Shown piece after piece: positions 20,320 through 31,173 of a stretch of DNA of 31,567 nucleotides (position 1 is its first letter; every line of letters starts with the position of its first letter). The stretch is from Catajapyx aquilonaris (Eukaryota). The stretch covers positions 62,001 through 93,567 of the forward strand of contig KZ538242.1 in the NCBI GenBank assembly GCA_000934665.2. Direction: 5' to 3'. The notes under the pieces were generated by a model, which worked only from the letters and a program-made list of their open reading frames with translations, did not search any database and was not told where the DNA came from. A program made the translations under genes and the position numbers.

Positions 20320-23300
20320 ATGGCGGCCTTGAAGGAATGGGCCAGGGGTAGCAGGTGTGGAGCTGAACAGGGTGAGTTTTTAGGGGATGTAAACACACCT
20401 ATATGTGACATGTAAATGAGAGAATCAATTGACTGGAATGTGGTTTTCCTCTTCAGTTGCAGTTGCAGACTGTCCTTCTGAAGCCCTCACTGCAGTCAAA
20501 GCCGAAGGGGAAAGTATAGATTTCATGCCGGCAGGCAGCGTCAAAGTTATTGAATCGGTCCAGTGCAAGACGGAGGAGATCACAGTGGAGGATGAAGGCC
20601 CATATGGAATTGATAGTTTGGTGGGGATGACATTGCACATTTATAGGGTCAGAAGGTCAAATGAAATGGCAGGATCAAAAATGAAAGGGGTGGGAAATGT
20701 TGATGTTGCAAATGGGGTCGTATCTTTGAAACGATTTGTGCATTACATAACTATGTGTGCACAGAGTATTACAAAATTTGTGGTGATTCAAAATCACTTG
20801 CATCATCTGAAGTCACAGTTTTCCCTTTGATAATAATGGTAGTTATAGGGATGAAGAGTCACATGAACACATCACAGCTTGCATCACAGTTTTCTTGATA
20901 TTGCTGTTTAAAGACACGTTTACATGTGAGAGATTTGATCAGCGAACAGCGATGTTGCAGTGATGACATCTCTGAACACAAGTAACGATAGATGTAACCA
21001 TATATTTTTAGCCCTAAACAATTAGTCTCATCGCTGATCAAATCGCTTGCATGTTAATGCAGCTTAAGATTGATATTAAATGTTGTTAGTTGGACAGTAA
21101 CATGTTTCCCCCTTGTCATGGCAGAGTCAAGACTTGGAAGCCAACGAAGCCAAAATATCCAGAAACATCAGTGAAATTGCTGCTCTCTTGAGTGGTTCAG
21201 ACATAGAAGATGCCTGTTTGGCAAATGCAGGTATGATTATGATGTTTATTCATATGTTAATGAAGGCTTCTGTTTTAATGAGTGCAGAATTAAAATCTCT
21301 GAACTAGAAGTGGGGGAATAGGTGGCAGAAATCTTCAGCAGAATATCGATCCTAATGGTTTAATGTTGCAGCATAGTAGTGTGACCTGAGCGGCTAGGAA
21401 CACACACAAAACAGAAGTCAGTGGGTACGGTTAAAGACAGACAGTTTATTCGGTTTCAGTAGGTCACCAAAATATGGAGGAAGAAGGATAGCAGGGTTAG
21501 GGAAGGTAGTCGGGAGTGACCAGTCATCCAGGATACTCTCCTAGAGAATGGCCTAGAGGCCCCTGCGTTGCGTGCTTAAATAGTGGTGCAAACGCAATGC
21601 GAGATGGGAACAGCAGACTGGTGACATCACGTGACCAGTCGGGGTGCAAGTACATTGAGCACAAAATAATGGGACCATGTACAAAAGACATGTCCAAAAT
21701 AAAATGGTCACAGTAGTAGCCTACTGTACAGGCAGCTAAATATTTTTCTTGTATATTAGAACAAGAGTAAATAAAACTTGCAAATTCCTGCATTCTTTAC
21801 TTGAAGGTTTCTGGAACTGCATTTCTTTGTGGCCTCCACTTTTATTTATTCTTTAAATTATTTGAAGACGTACTGTGCTATGCCATTGCATTTTCACAGG
21901 TGGAGAAGCAGCCTCCACATCTGGAAATCCTCAAGAATCTCGCGGACTCTCCACACTTGATGGAGGAAACGCTGAGGAGGAAGAAGACCTTGGAAGCACA
22001 GACAGTACTATAGTATGTGATATATTATTTTTGTTTCAAATTGATAATATCAAGAAGGGTGGGGAATCTGTTGGATGGCAGTCGATATTGCGGTGGTGAG
22101 CTGCAGATTTTAATCATGTTCATTTCATTAATTGTTAGTGTTAACAAATAGCATGTGGTGGCATGCGAACATGTTCCTGGAGGCCTGCAAGCCAAAGATT
22201 GAAGATTTCTCAGATCTAGGCCCTCCCCATCACATTCTCATGATGCACCTCTGAGCTGCAATGTTATTCTGTGTCGTAGGTCGCTACTTCTGAAGACTCA
22301 GACAACCCTAAACCAGGTGAGGGTGACAGCGTTCCATCCGCATCAGCTGACCCATCAATTGCACAAGCAAGCAGTCCAAGCAGGAGGAGGAGGACGACGA
22401 AGAAACAAGTTCTTGTAAGTAACATTCTGACAGAAAAGGGGAGCAATGTCTTATCCACTTGTAATGAGCACATTTTCTGGAAACACCGAGAATCTTCCAT
22501 GATTCTTTAAATATTAAAATTAGTACTCTGTTACACAGTATTTTCTCAGTAATTTGCAATAATGTCACAGAATTATTGACAGGTAGCAGTACCAAATTTG
22601 TAACCTTTCCCAAAGATACTTAAACATCGCTTTTGCTTACAACCAACCAGAAAATTTATTGTAGGTTTTTAGTTATTTACAACACTTGAGTAGCATTTTA
22701 AATGCTCTATGATCTGGTGAAGTCCATTTAGTCCTGCAGATTCATAATCGAAGTCAGGAATTTCTGTCTTCACTAGGGTTGCCGGATGTCTGGTTTTGAG
22801 CCAAACAGTCCGCCATTTGAGCGATTTTGTCCGGTAGAATATTTGAGGAAATACACTTTTTCAATGCCTACGCAAAGCCTTCTGCATTCCACATGCTTAT
22901 AGTGCACACTACTGCATACTGATTAATGAAACTATCCATAAAATGCGAAATTAGCGCACCGGAAAATTATGCAGGACCAAAATCAAATCCATATTATTAT
23001 CATCTGCCGTCTCCTTATTGCCAAATACGCCTGGAATGTTATTTACATACAATAATTATTAACAATTTGTTAAGAAGTTAAGCAGTGAAGAATATTAATG
23101 AGTGTAATATATTAGGCATTCTTGGCCACTGATTTCACATATTTCAGGCTCCGGTGCACAAGGACTTGGCTGATTCGAGTGACTCTGATCACTCAAAAGA
23201 GAATGGTTGTGCTGCCTTGATGAGGCGGAGGAAGAAGGGAAAAGGAAAGGTTTGTATTGCTAAATGACTGACCATTTCTGACCCTCTTCAGGGCATTGGT

Positions 23301-24388
23301 AGGACTCAATGAATCTTCCTACATTACTTTGGGAGGATTCAACTGTTATACCTACTAATATTTGCCATTACACTAAAAGAAGCTATTAAAAAGTAAGCTG
23401 GTTATGGGGAAAAAATTGATGACTATTTGTGACAATGCAATGGGAACACTTCAAATCTTGTTGGTTTGTGTAATGAAAAATTGTGCCTTGATGATTTCAG
23501 ATTATTCAGATTTCCTATCCTAGATGTACCTGAGCTGCAATATGATTCTATGTCGTAGGTCGCTGATTCTGAAGTTCCAGACAACAACCCTAAACCAGGT
23601 GAGGGTGACACCCTTCCATCAGCATCAGCTGGCCCATCAATTGCACAAGCAAGCAGTACAAGCACGAGGTGGAGGACGTGGGAGAAACAACTTCTTGTAA
23701 GTAATATTCTGGCAGAAAATAAGGAGAGCATTTTCTTATCCACTTGTAATGAGCAGATTTTCTGGCAACACTGAGAATCTTGCATGATTCTTGACCCATC
23801 CATGGGAAGGTGCAGTGTCGGTGGGGAGTTTCTGACCCGCACCTAGGGATTGTCTCGCAATCTGACCCCCTGGGGGACTGCACAGGACCCCCAACATAAA
23901 GACAACATACTTGCACCAGTGTCCCCTCCTCGCAAATCCCTATCCTGACATGGCACAGCTAAAATCATATTGGATAAATAAAGCAGTGAATGTCATATTG
24001 GGTTTCATGTAATTTTTTATTCGATTGGATTTTAAAAGACTAAGTTGTTTTTGACGGCGTATTTTATTTGTAGTAATGGTGAATTATTTTTTTGAAGGAA
24101 AACTGTGTAATGCAAGCAGCTGGAAAAAATACTTCAACGAGATTACCCGCTGGATACTTTCATGAGGATGGTACAATGTCAGATGTGGGCATGACAAGAA
24201 ATCTGACACCAAGGGAGACGACAAATCACCGGATTCGAGAAAGATTGACTGGTCAGGTGAAACTTACATCTGATGATAGGGAGTGGTGGGATCAGCTAAA
24301 CGAAAAATTAGCTGCGCTAGCAGCTAATCCTCCAACTGAAGACATTGAGTGCCCTAAGTCGCACATGCTAAGCAGTTGGACAGTTTAG
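20320..24388 (+). pseudogene. Gene 7: rearranged duplicate of gene 8 (5'-damaged, zinc-finger exon absent); pseudogene or truncated gene
   Basis: Exons 20320-20371, 20457-20620, 21125-21230, 21900-22012, 22280-22414, 23148-23249, duplicated exon 23559-23696 and candidate last exon 24098-24388 are in frame. In-frame TAA at 20308 lies upstream of MAALKEWARG. No YY1-type promoter motif seen. Homology with gene 8 ends at about 23370, just before the zinc-finger exon. Confidence 0.6.
21380..21712 (-). mobile_element. Solo LTR (333 bp), Gypsy-like
   Basis: TGTGACC...GGTCACA termini; 4-bp GTAG duplication; minus-strand TATTTAAG and AATAAA in LTR order; absent from the homologous intron of gene 8. 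Confidence 0.82.
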
Positions 24389-24724
24389 TGGAAGATACCA
24401 CTAATGCTAACGTTTATGAGATGAATTTAGCCTTTTGAGGCTCTACTACCCTTTTAAAATAAAACACAGTTCAATAATTAGTCTAATTTTAACTAATCTA
24501 CCACCAATGCTTTCCGTAGCCACCGAAAGATTCCACCCCACGCACACCCTATCACTTCGGATTTTGCCCCCTGTGTTTAACAGGGTTACCTTACCTCAGA
24601 GGAAGGGCACGGACATTTTTGGTGCATCACCAGTGGATGGGGACTGGCAAGGTGGTCTCCAACGGGATGCTCAGACCATATACCCATTCCACCTGCCCGT
24701 ATCTTTTTAGATCCTCCTAAGCTA

Positions 24725-24877
24725 GGGCCAGTTTCACTGCGGAAGTTATAGAATTTATTTTAGAACCTCTGTTATAACAAGAGACGCCATTGCTGACAAC
24801 AAGTAAACTTATTGATTTTCTTTGGATTTTCTGAGATGAAACTGGGATTTATAACATAATCCATATGAAACTGGCCC
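24725..24877. mobile_element. Harbinger-like MITE (copy 1)
   Basis: gggccagtttca...tgaaactggccc termini; homologous copy at 31032-31173 with shared downstream flank. Confidence 0.7.
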
Positions 24878-25023
24878 TATAGCCCTTTTCGGCTACTGAC
24901 AGGTATACGTCTATAAGTGGGTAATGTCTCCTCCTTTTTGTGTTTGGAATAGTGAAAGATGGCAGGAGATTGTGGAGATGATTAATGGGATTTTGAATGA
25001 TTACGATCATGATTGGAGACAAC

Positions 25024-25095
25024 AGCCCCTTAATTAAGACCGAATAGGTCAGTAAAGGGTAAATAAATTAAATAAATAAATAATAAAATAAAAAG
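25024..25095 (+). mobile_element. 72-bp retroposon 3'-end insertion
   Basis: 10-bp duplication tggagacaac (25014-25023, 25096-25105); stem-loop plus (TAAA)n tail; empty site in the paralogous region at about 31316. Confidence 0.85.
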
Positions 25096-25577
25096 TGGAG
25101 ACAACTGCACAACTTTGTTGTCAGAGTTGCTACCTCCTTGGCCTCTGTATAGTACAATAGAGATTGCGGGTAGAAGTTTTGGCCCACTGCTACATAGTTA
25201 CTGCTAACTTAGCAGTACCAGTGTTGGCATGATTGTATTGGCAACAGGGGAAAAGTGGGAGCCTTCTTAAGGACCAGGAGAAAGGTCTCTGCCATCTTCA
25301 AGGTGTGATGGACACTGCGGAGACCACGTACGCACGTCACTCGCTTTGAAATCGGTTATGAAATAAAAATTTTAAAAAGGCTGACAACTACTCAAGCATG
25401 TCTCCATTGTCCAACTTCATATTGTGGAGACGTTAAAGAAAAGAATGAAAATTAAGACAGACTTGAATCTGGTTTTTTTGTAAAGTGAATCAAACAATCG
25501 ACTAAGCGCTATCTGCGATATTAGTTCTTTACAGTCGCTTACCGGCTGGACTGACAGCTACGCTATTTTTTCCCGAT

Positions 25578-25590
25578 CCAAGATGGCGCC
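25578..25590 (+). promoter_or_regulatory. YY1/Pho-type motif upstream of gene 8
   Basis: CCAAGATGGCGCC about 190 nt upstream of ATG 25770, a spacing similar to the paralogs. Confidence 0.55.
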
Positions 25591-25769
25591 TTCGTCTTGC
25601 TGAAATTGAGCTTCTTTTTGAGAGAATTTACTCTTTTTTGGATCGGGTTGAGTTCGGGTTGAGAGTAGAGCCGGGTCGGATCGAAGCAGAGGGTCTGCCC
25701 TTCGTGCCCAGAGGACTAGAGGAACGAGCCCTGCCCCCCCAAGTGGACCCCCAGTCGAGGAAGAAGGAG

Positions 25770-28700
25770 ATGTCCCCCACCGAGGAGAACCCTCCCCTCC
25801 TGGAGGCCCGCCTGGAAGGGATCGTGTCCCGACTGGTCTCCCTGGAGGAGGACATGGCTGCCCTGAAGGAGTGGGCCAGGGGCTGCAGGAGGTGTGGGGC
25901 TGGACGGGGTGGGTTGCTAGGGGGGACCACCCTTAGAATGATGTAAACACTCTCTGGGATGTGCTTCTTTCTCCTCTTCAGCTGCAGGCCAAGGCCATCC
26001 AGGCCACCCTCCTCCTGAAGGCCTCTCTCCTTCAGGCGGGGCTGGTGGAGACTCGGTCGCTGCTGTGGGGAGCATCAAGACAGAGTGGGGCCAGTGCAAG
26101 GAGGAGGAGGAGGTCACGGTGGAGGAGGAAGGCCCGCAAGGAATTATTGGCGGTTGGGTGAGGATGAGATTGCATGTTGGTGAGGTCAGGAGGTCAAATG
26201 AAATGGCAGGATCAAAAATGAAAGGGGTGTGAAATGTGATGCTGCAAATGGGGTTGTATTTCTGAAACTATTTGTGTATTACATAACTAGGTGTACACAG
26301 AGTATTAGAAAATTTGTCGTGATTCAAAATCACATGCATCATCTGAAGTCACACTTTTGCTCTTTGATAATAATGGTTTTAGGGATGGAGAGTCACATGA
26401 ACACATCACAGTTCTCTTGAAATTTCTGTTTAAAGCCATGATTACATGGTAGCGATTTGATCAGCGATGTTGCAGCAATGACATGACTGAGCAAAAGAAA
26501 CAATAGAGGTAACAATATATATTCGCCCCAAACAATTGGTTACATTGCTCACCGCTCTCATGTAAACGCAGCTTAAAGCTGATATGAAATATTGTTAGTT
26601 GGACCGTAACATGTTTCCCCCTTGTCATGGCAGAGTCAAGACTTGGAAGCCAACGAAGCCAGAATATCCAGAAACATCAGTGAAATTGCTGCTCTCTTGA
26701 GTGGTTCAGACACTGACAATGGCAGCTGGGCAAATGCAGGTATGATTACGATCCTTATTCATATATTAATGAAGGCCTTGGTCGTAGACTGTGCAGATTT
26801 TTAATCTAAGTAGAAGTGGGGCGATGGGTGACAGAAAACTTCAGCAGAACATTAGTCCGATTGTTTTAAAGTTGCAGCATAATTGTACTCTACAGTGTTG
26901 CACATTAATCGAGTCATACTGCTAGTGACATTTTCTGAAGCGGCAGAAGAACGAATCGAAGATATGGAACTAGCAAGCCGTGCGATCAAGATTCGTTCTT
27001 CTGCCGCTTCGGAAAGTGTCGCTAGCAGTATGACTCGATTAATGTCCAACACTGTACAACCAACAGGTATTGTGTGCATTACATTGGAGCTGTCCATCCG
27101 TCTAGCAGGGGGCCAGGCACGTGAAGGTCTCCCAATATCAAAATTAATACTATCAATCTCCACTCACAAGGGAACGGTACTTGTTGGAAGTTGAGTAGCC
27201 CTATGCAACTGGACATAGGGAAATCATCCATTTGGTTAATTCGAAAAGTGAAGTCCATTGTGGCTGAGATGCAAGAGTTTATGAGATAATGGCTTCTTAA
27301 GTTACCTATTGCAGCTGACACGGTGGTGGTATTTCCCAGGATAGGTAGTTCTGGTATAGAAAATATCTATCATCTATCAGTCAAATGGACTGTGTTGACC
27401 GCAACACTGCAACCTCTTCAATGCCATTTACCAGCCCCCTGCATCTCATACGATACTGTAGTGTAATATAAAAGTCTCCGTCCGCGGCACTGGCGCATCC
27501 CCACAGGGATCTTCTGGTTCGGGCGGACACTCGCTGACGCCTTAACCAATCCGAACCATTCTTTCCACTGCATCTGGGTCCGGAGGGCATTCGCAGATCG
27601 CCAGTCAGCCAAGCGAACCGCAAGATACCTGTGGGGCCATGCCAGCGCCAAATTTTAGGCTTGGGGAGACTTTTATATTAAACAACCGTCACCACAGGGC
27701 TAGATATTTTCTGCATTCTTTACGTGAAAGTTACTGGAACTGCATTGCATTGTGGCCTTTACTTTTAATTATTCTTTAAATTATTTGAAGTAGTACAGTA
27801 CTGTTCCATTGCATTTTCACAGGTAGAGAAGCAGCCTCCGCATCTGGAAATCCTCAACAAGAATGTCACAGACTCTCCACACTTGATGGAGGAAACTCTG
27901 AGCAAGATGAAGGACTCGGAAGCAGAGAAATTACTTTAATACATGTGTGAAATATTATTTTTGTTTCAAATGGATAATATCAAGTAGAGTGGGGAGTCTG
28001 TTGGATGGCAGTGGATATTGCGGTAGTCAGCTGCAGGTTTTAATCATGTTCATTTCATTCATTGTTAGTGTTAACAAATAACGTGATGGCATGTGAACAT
28101 GTTCCTGCAAGCCATATACAGTATTGAAGATTTCTCAGATCTAGGCCCTCTCTATCACATTATCAGGATGCATTTATGGATGCACCTCAGGATGCACCTC
28201 TGAGCTGCAATATTATTCTATGTCATAGGTCGCTGCTTCTGAAGTCTCATACAACCCTGAACCAGAGGAGGGTGATAGCCTTCCTCCCCCATCAGCTGAC
28301 CCATCAATTGCTCAAGCAAGCGGTCCAAGCAGGAGGATGAGGACGAGGAGGAAACAAGTTCTCGTAAGTAACATTCTGGCAGAAAAGGGGTGCATTTTCT
28401 TGTCCACTTGTAATGACCACATTTTCTGGCAACACTGGGAATCTTGCATGCTTCTTTAAATATTAAAATAAGTACTCTGTTATACAGAATTATCTCGGTA
28501 ATTTGCAATAATGTCACAGAATTATTGACAGGTAGTAATGTCAAATTTGTACACCTTTCCCAAGATTCTGTGCAATTAGCTCACCAGAAAGTTATGCAGG
28601 ACCAAAATAAAATCAGTAATTATATCCTGCCGTCTCCTTCTTCTTGATGTTATTCACATACAATAATTATTATCAATTTGTTAAGAAGTTAAGCAGTGAA

Positions 28701-29553
28701 GAATTAATGAGTGTAATTAGGCATTCTTGACCACTGATTTCACATATATCAGGCTCCTGATCACAAGGACACAGATGACAGTGGGCAGTCCCTGGCTGAT
28801 TCGAGTGATTCTGGGGATGAGCATATACCTCCAAGTCGCTCAAAAGGAAATGGCCATGCAGCCTTGAAGAGGAAGAGAAAGAAGCGAAATGGAAAGGTAG
28901 GTATTGCTAAATGACTGACCTTTTCTCACCCTCTTCACTTCAGGGCATTGGCAGAACTCAAGGAATCTTCATACATTACTTTGGGGGAATTCAACCGTTC
29001 TACATACTAATATTTGCCATTGCCTGATAAGCCATATCCGTGCAGTGATTGTGATAAGAGGTATATTACAAAGTGGGGGTTACAAAGGCATTGCAAGGAT
29101 GTCCATCTTGGTGTTAAGCCTTACTCATGTGACATGTGTGATAGGAAATTTCCTAGGAAGTCTCACATGGTTGTTCACAGGAGGAGTCACACAGGAGAAA
29201 GGCCATTCCAGTGTGAATGGTGCGAAAAATGTTTTTCTTCAAGTTCTCATTACCACGTTCATGTTCGGGGTCACAAGGGATTGAAACCATTTCATTGCAC
29301 CATTTGTGGCAAAAGATTTTTTCGGTCAGCACACTTCCACCGGCACATGTTAATTCACTCAGGTGAGAAGCCTTTTGAATGTACCACTTGTGGGAAAAGA
29401 TTTGGTCGGTCAGAAGTCTTACACCAGCACATGTTAATTCACTCAGGTGAGAAGCCTTTGGAATGTAGCACTTGTAGGAAAAGATTTAGTCGGTTAGGAG
29501 ACTTACACCGGCACATGTTAATTCACTCAGGTGAGAAGCCGTTTAACTCTTAA
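25770..29553 (+). CDS. Gene 8: N-terminal coiled coil plus 6x C2H2 zinc fingers (about 447 aa, 7 exons); seventh finger cut off by a transposon
   Basis: Exons 25770-25908, 25982-26157, 26634-26739, 27823-27944 (weak donor), 28229-28363, 28753-28896 and 29032-29553. A TACTAAT branch point at about 29005 precedes the AAG acceptor at 29031, giving ...RNGK|PYPCSDC. Confidence 0.75.
26893..27054. mobile_element. Tc1/mariner-type MITE (162 bp) in gene 8 intron 3
   Basis: Near-perfect TIRs of about 65 bp, cagtgttg...gaacgaatc; TA on both flanks. Confidence 0.85.
27464..27680. mobile_element. Unclassified MITE with bipartite inverted repeats
   Basis: taatataaaagtctcc / ggagacttttatatta outer arms plus inner imperfect arms ccccacagggatcttctggttcg / cgaaccgcaagatacctgtgggg. 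Confidence 0.65.
29032..29553 (+). CDS. Gene 8 terminal exon, six C2H2 zinc fingers
   Basis: ORF 29014-29553; the stop codon is supplied by the inserted element. Confidence 0.9.
   Translation, partial: PYPCSDCDKRYITKWGLQRHCKDVHLGVKPYSCDMCDRKFPRKSHMVVHRRSHTGERPFQCEWCEKCFSSSSHYHVHVRGHKGLKPFHCTICGKRFFRSAHFHRHMLIHSGEKPFECTTCGKRFGRSEVLHQHMLIHSGEKPLECSTCRKRFSRLGDLHRHMLIHSGEKPFNS
29290..29541 (+). repeat. 84-bp tandem repeat (three recently duplicated zinc fingers)
   Basis: cacatgttaattcactcaggtgagaagcc is repeated exactly three times at 84-bp spacing. Confidence 0.9.
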
Positions 29554-30320
29554 CTAGTAAGGTGGGGTCATTTTTGACCCCAAGCTTGCGGAAATTAGCA
29601 CTGTCAAATAACTGGTTAATCAAGAGCCAAAAGCTTCCAGGTATTCCTTGATCACATCTTTGTTTATGTGTTAATAACCTTTAAATTTTTCAAAAAAATT
29701 TAATAGCGGTCCAAAAACGGCTATAACAAAGGTGATGTGCGGCTGGGGTCAAAAATGACCCCACCTTACTAGTTACGTTTGGATTCCTCATTGTTCTTGG
29801 ATTCATGCCTGCCAGTGAAAAGCTTCTATTTTTTTTGCGTCAAACGGTGGCATGGCATGTACTAATGGCAAACCTGTCATAGATGATGCAATAATAATAA
29901 AAATTTGTAAATTGTTTCACATATGGGTTTGGCCTGCGCTCTCTATACTTATACAATGTCATATAGCCGTTATTTTGAAAGTATGACTTGTATGGCATTT
30001 AATGTAGAGGACCTATCATCATCATTTGGGGCTTTATATAGAGAAAGCGTATTTATGAATTGTTAGCATTGGCGGCTGCTACTGAGGTATCTTTAATTAT
30101 AAGCAGTTGACGTCTATTTGCATAGCTATCACACTTAGTAACGTGACCTATAAGTTTCTTTTATTACCTACTCATCGTACATAATGTAAACTTAATTTAC
30201 ATGGCTTTAAATTTTAAATTTTATGAATTCGAGATCAAATATAATTCAATTACCACGTGGGGTCAAAAATGACCCCACCTTACCAGTTGCGTTGCTCGAG
30301 TTCAGCTTACTAGTTAAGGG
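29547..30320. mobile_element. Non-autonomous piggyBac-type DNA transposon (774 bp)
   Basis: TTAA duplicated at 29543-29546 and 30321-30324. TIRs ctcttaactagtaag / cttactagttaaggg (1 mismatch). Subterminal GGGGTCA-(A/T)n-TGACCCC palindromes at about 29564, 29745 and 30259. No ORF. Confidence 0.92.
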
Positions 30321-30394
30321 TTAAATGCAATTTTTGTGGCAAACAGTTCAAGAACAAAGGAAACATGTGGAGACATGCCAAACAAAAGCATTAG
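30321..30394 (+). pseudogene. Detached seventh zinc finger of gene 8
   Basis: Removing 29547-30324 restores GEKP-FKCNFCGKQFKNKGNMWRHAKQKH-TAG in frame. Confidence 0.88.
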
Positions 30395-31031
30395 GCAAGT
30401 CATTCAACTGTATATGATAAGAAAGGAAATGTTTATTTTTATCTACCCAGGTCACCTCACACTTCAGTGGAATGCTTGTATGCTTCTCATACTGGGTCAT
30501 CAGCTTAAGGCAGTGCAGTAGTAAAAATGCAGTAGGGGCATTTTTGTAGGAACGTTATTTTTTGTGGTGAAACGCGACGTTAACACGGGAAAACATGAAA
30601 TAGGTACCCAGCTCAAAGAGTTGGCCTTTACAATGATTCCAAACTCGACATGATCACATTGAAATTGTGGATATCCCTTCACAGAAACTTGTTCGATTTT
30701 CACACGATTTCGTCTGCCATGTTAATCAAATGGACTTTTTGGTGCCGCCACTTTCCGCGAACTTCAACTGGCTGTAAAGGTCACTTCTAGGCCTAAAATG
30801 GAAAAAAAAAAAATACAAATTAGGCACCCTGCGCGAGATCATGTCCTAATTTTTGGTGCAATTTCTGTGTCGATTGAACCATTTTTGCTGCCATACGGCC
30901 ACAGAAATGTAGACATGTCGAATCCCCATAAGCTGCCTATGCACATGCACGTTTGTTTAGGTCATCGCCAAGGGCTCGCATGGTTACTGTATTTTTCTGG
31001 TACTGCGCTGCCTTAAAGGCAGATTCATGTA

Positions 31032-31173
31032 GGGCCAGTTTCATGAGCAGGTTATAATTTATTTTAGAACCTAGGTTATAACAAGAGGTGCCATTATTGA
31101 TGACAACTGAATGTATTGATTTTCCGAGAAGAAACTCGGATTTATAATATAACCTGCTTTGTGAAACTGGCCT
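31032..31173. mobile_element. Harbinger-like MITE (copy 2)
   Basis: gggccagtttca...tgaaactggcct; paralog of 24725-24877. Confidence 0.7.

Larger units (their letters stand above)
20320..25230 (+). repeat. Segmental duplication, matches about 25855-31445
   Basis: Collinear exons, introns and 3' flank (24723-25230 versus 31030-31445), interrupted by different insertions in each copy. Confidence 0.85.

Noticed and set aside
22152..22220. Possible small exon (PKIEDFSDL) homologous to gene 1 exon 5
   Set aside because: Frameshifted, no clear donor, and degenerate in gene 8.
22264..22613. Recurrent minus-strand ORFs (also 23423-23916, 28218-28544)
   Set aside because: Antisense of the duplicated + strand exon; their recurrence reflects the duplication.
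22774..22830. hAT-like end TAGGGTTGCC in a block absent from gene 8
   Set aside because: No matching other end or target-site duplication found.
26852..27194. Mirror ORFs on both strands
   Set aside because: Artefact of the palindromic MITE.
28944..29031. Acceptor at 28943 as the start of the gene 8 zinc-finger exon
   Set aside because: It would give a 47-nt intron, the wrong phase and in-frame stops; the branch point and AAG at 29031 fit instead.
29290..29541. CRISPR-like repeat/spacer pattern
   Set aside because: It is an 84-bp zinc-finger coding periodicity in eukaryotic DNA.
1017..29553. Assigning gene symbols or a species
   Set aside because: Lineage-specific paralogs; no ortholog or organism can be identified without database searches.
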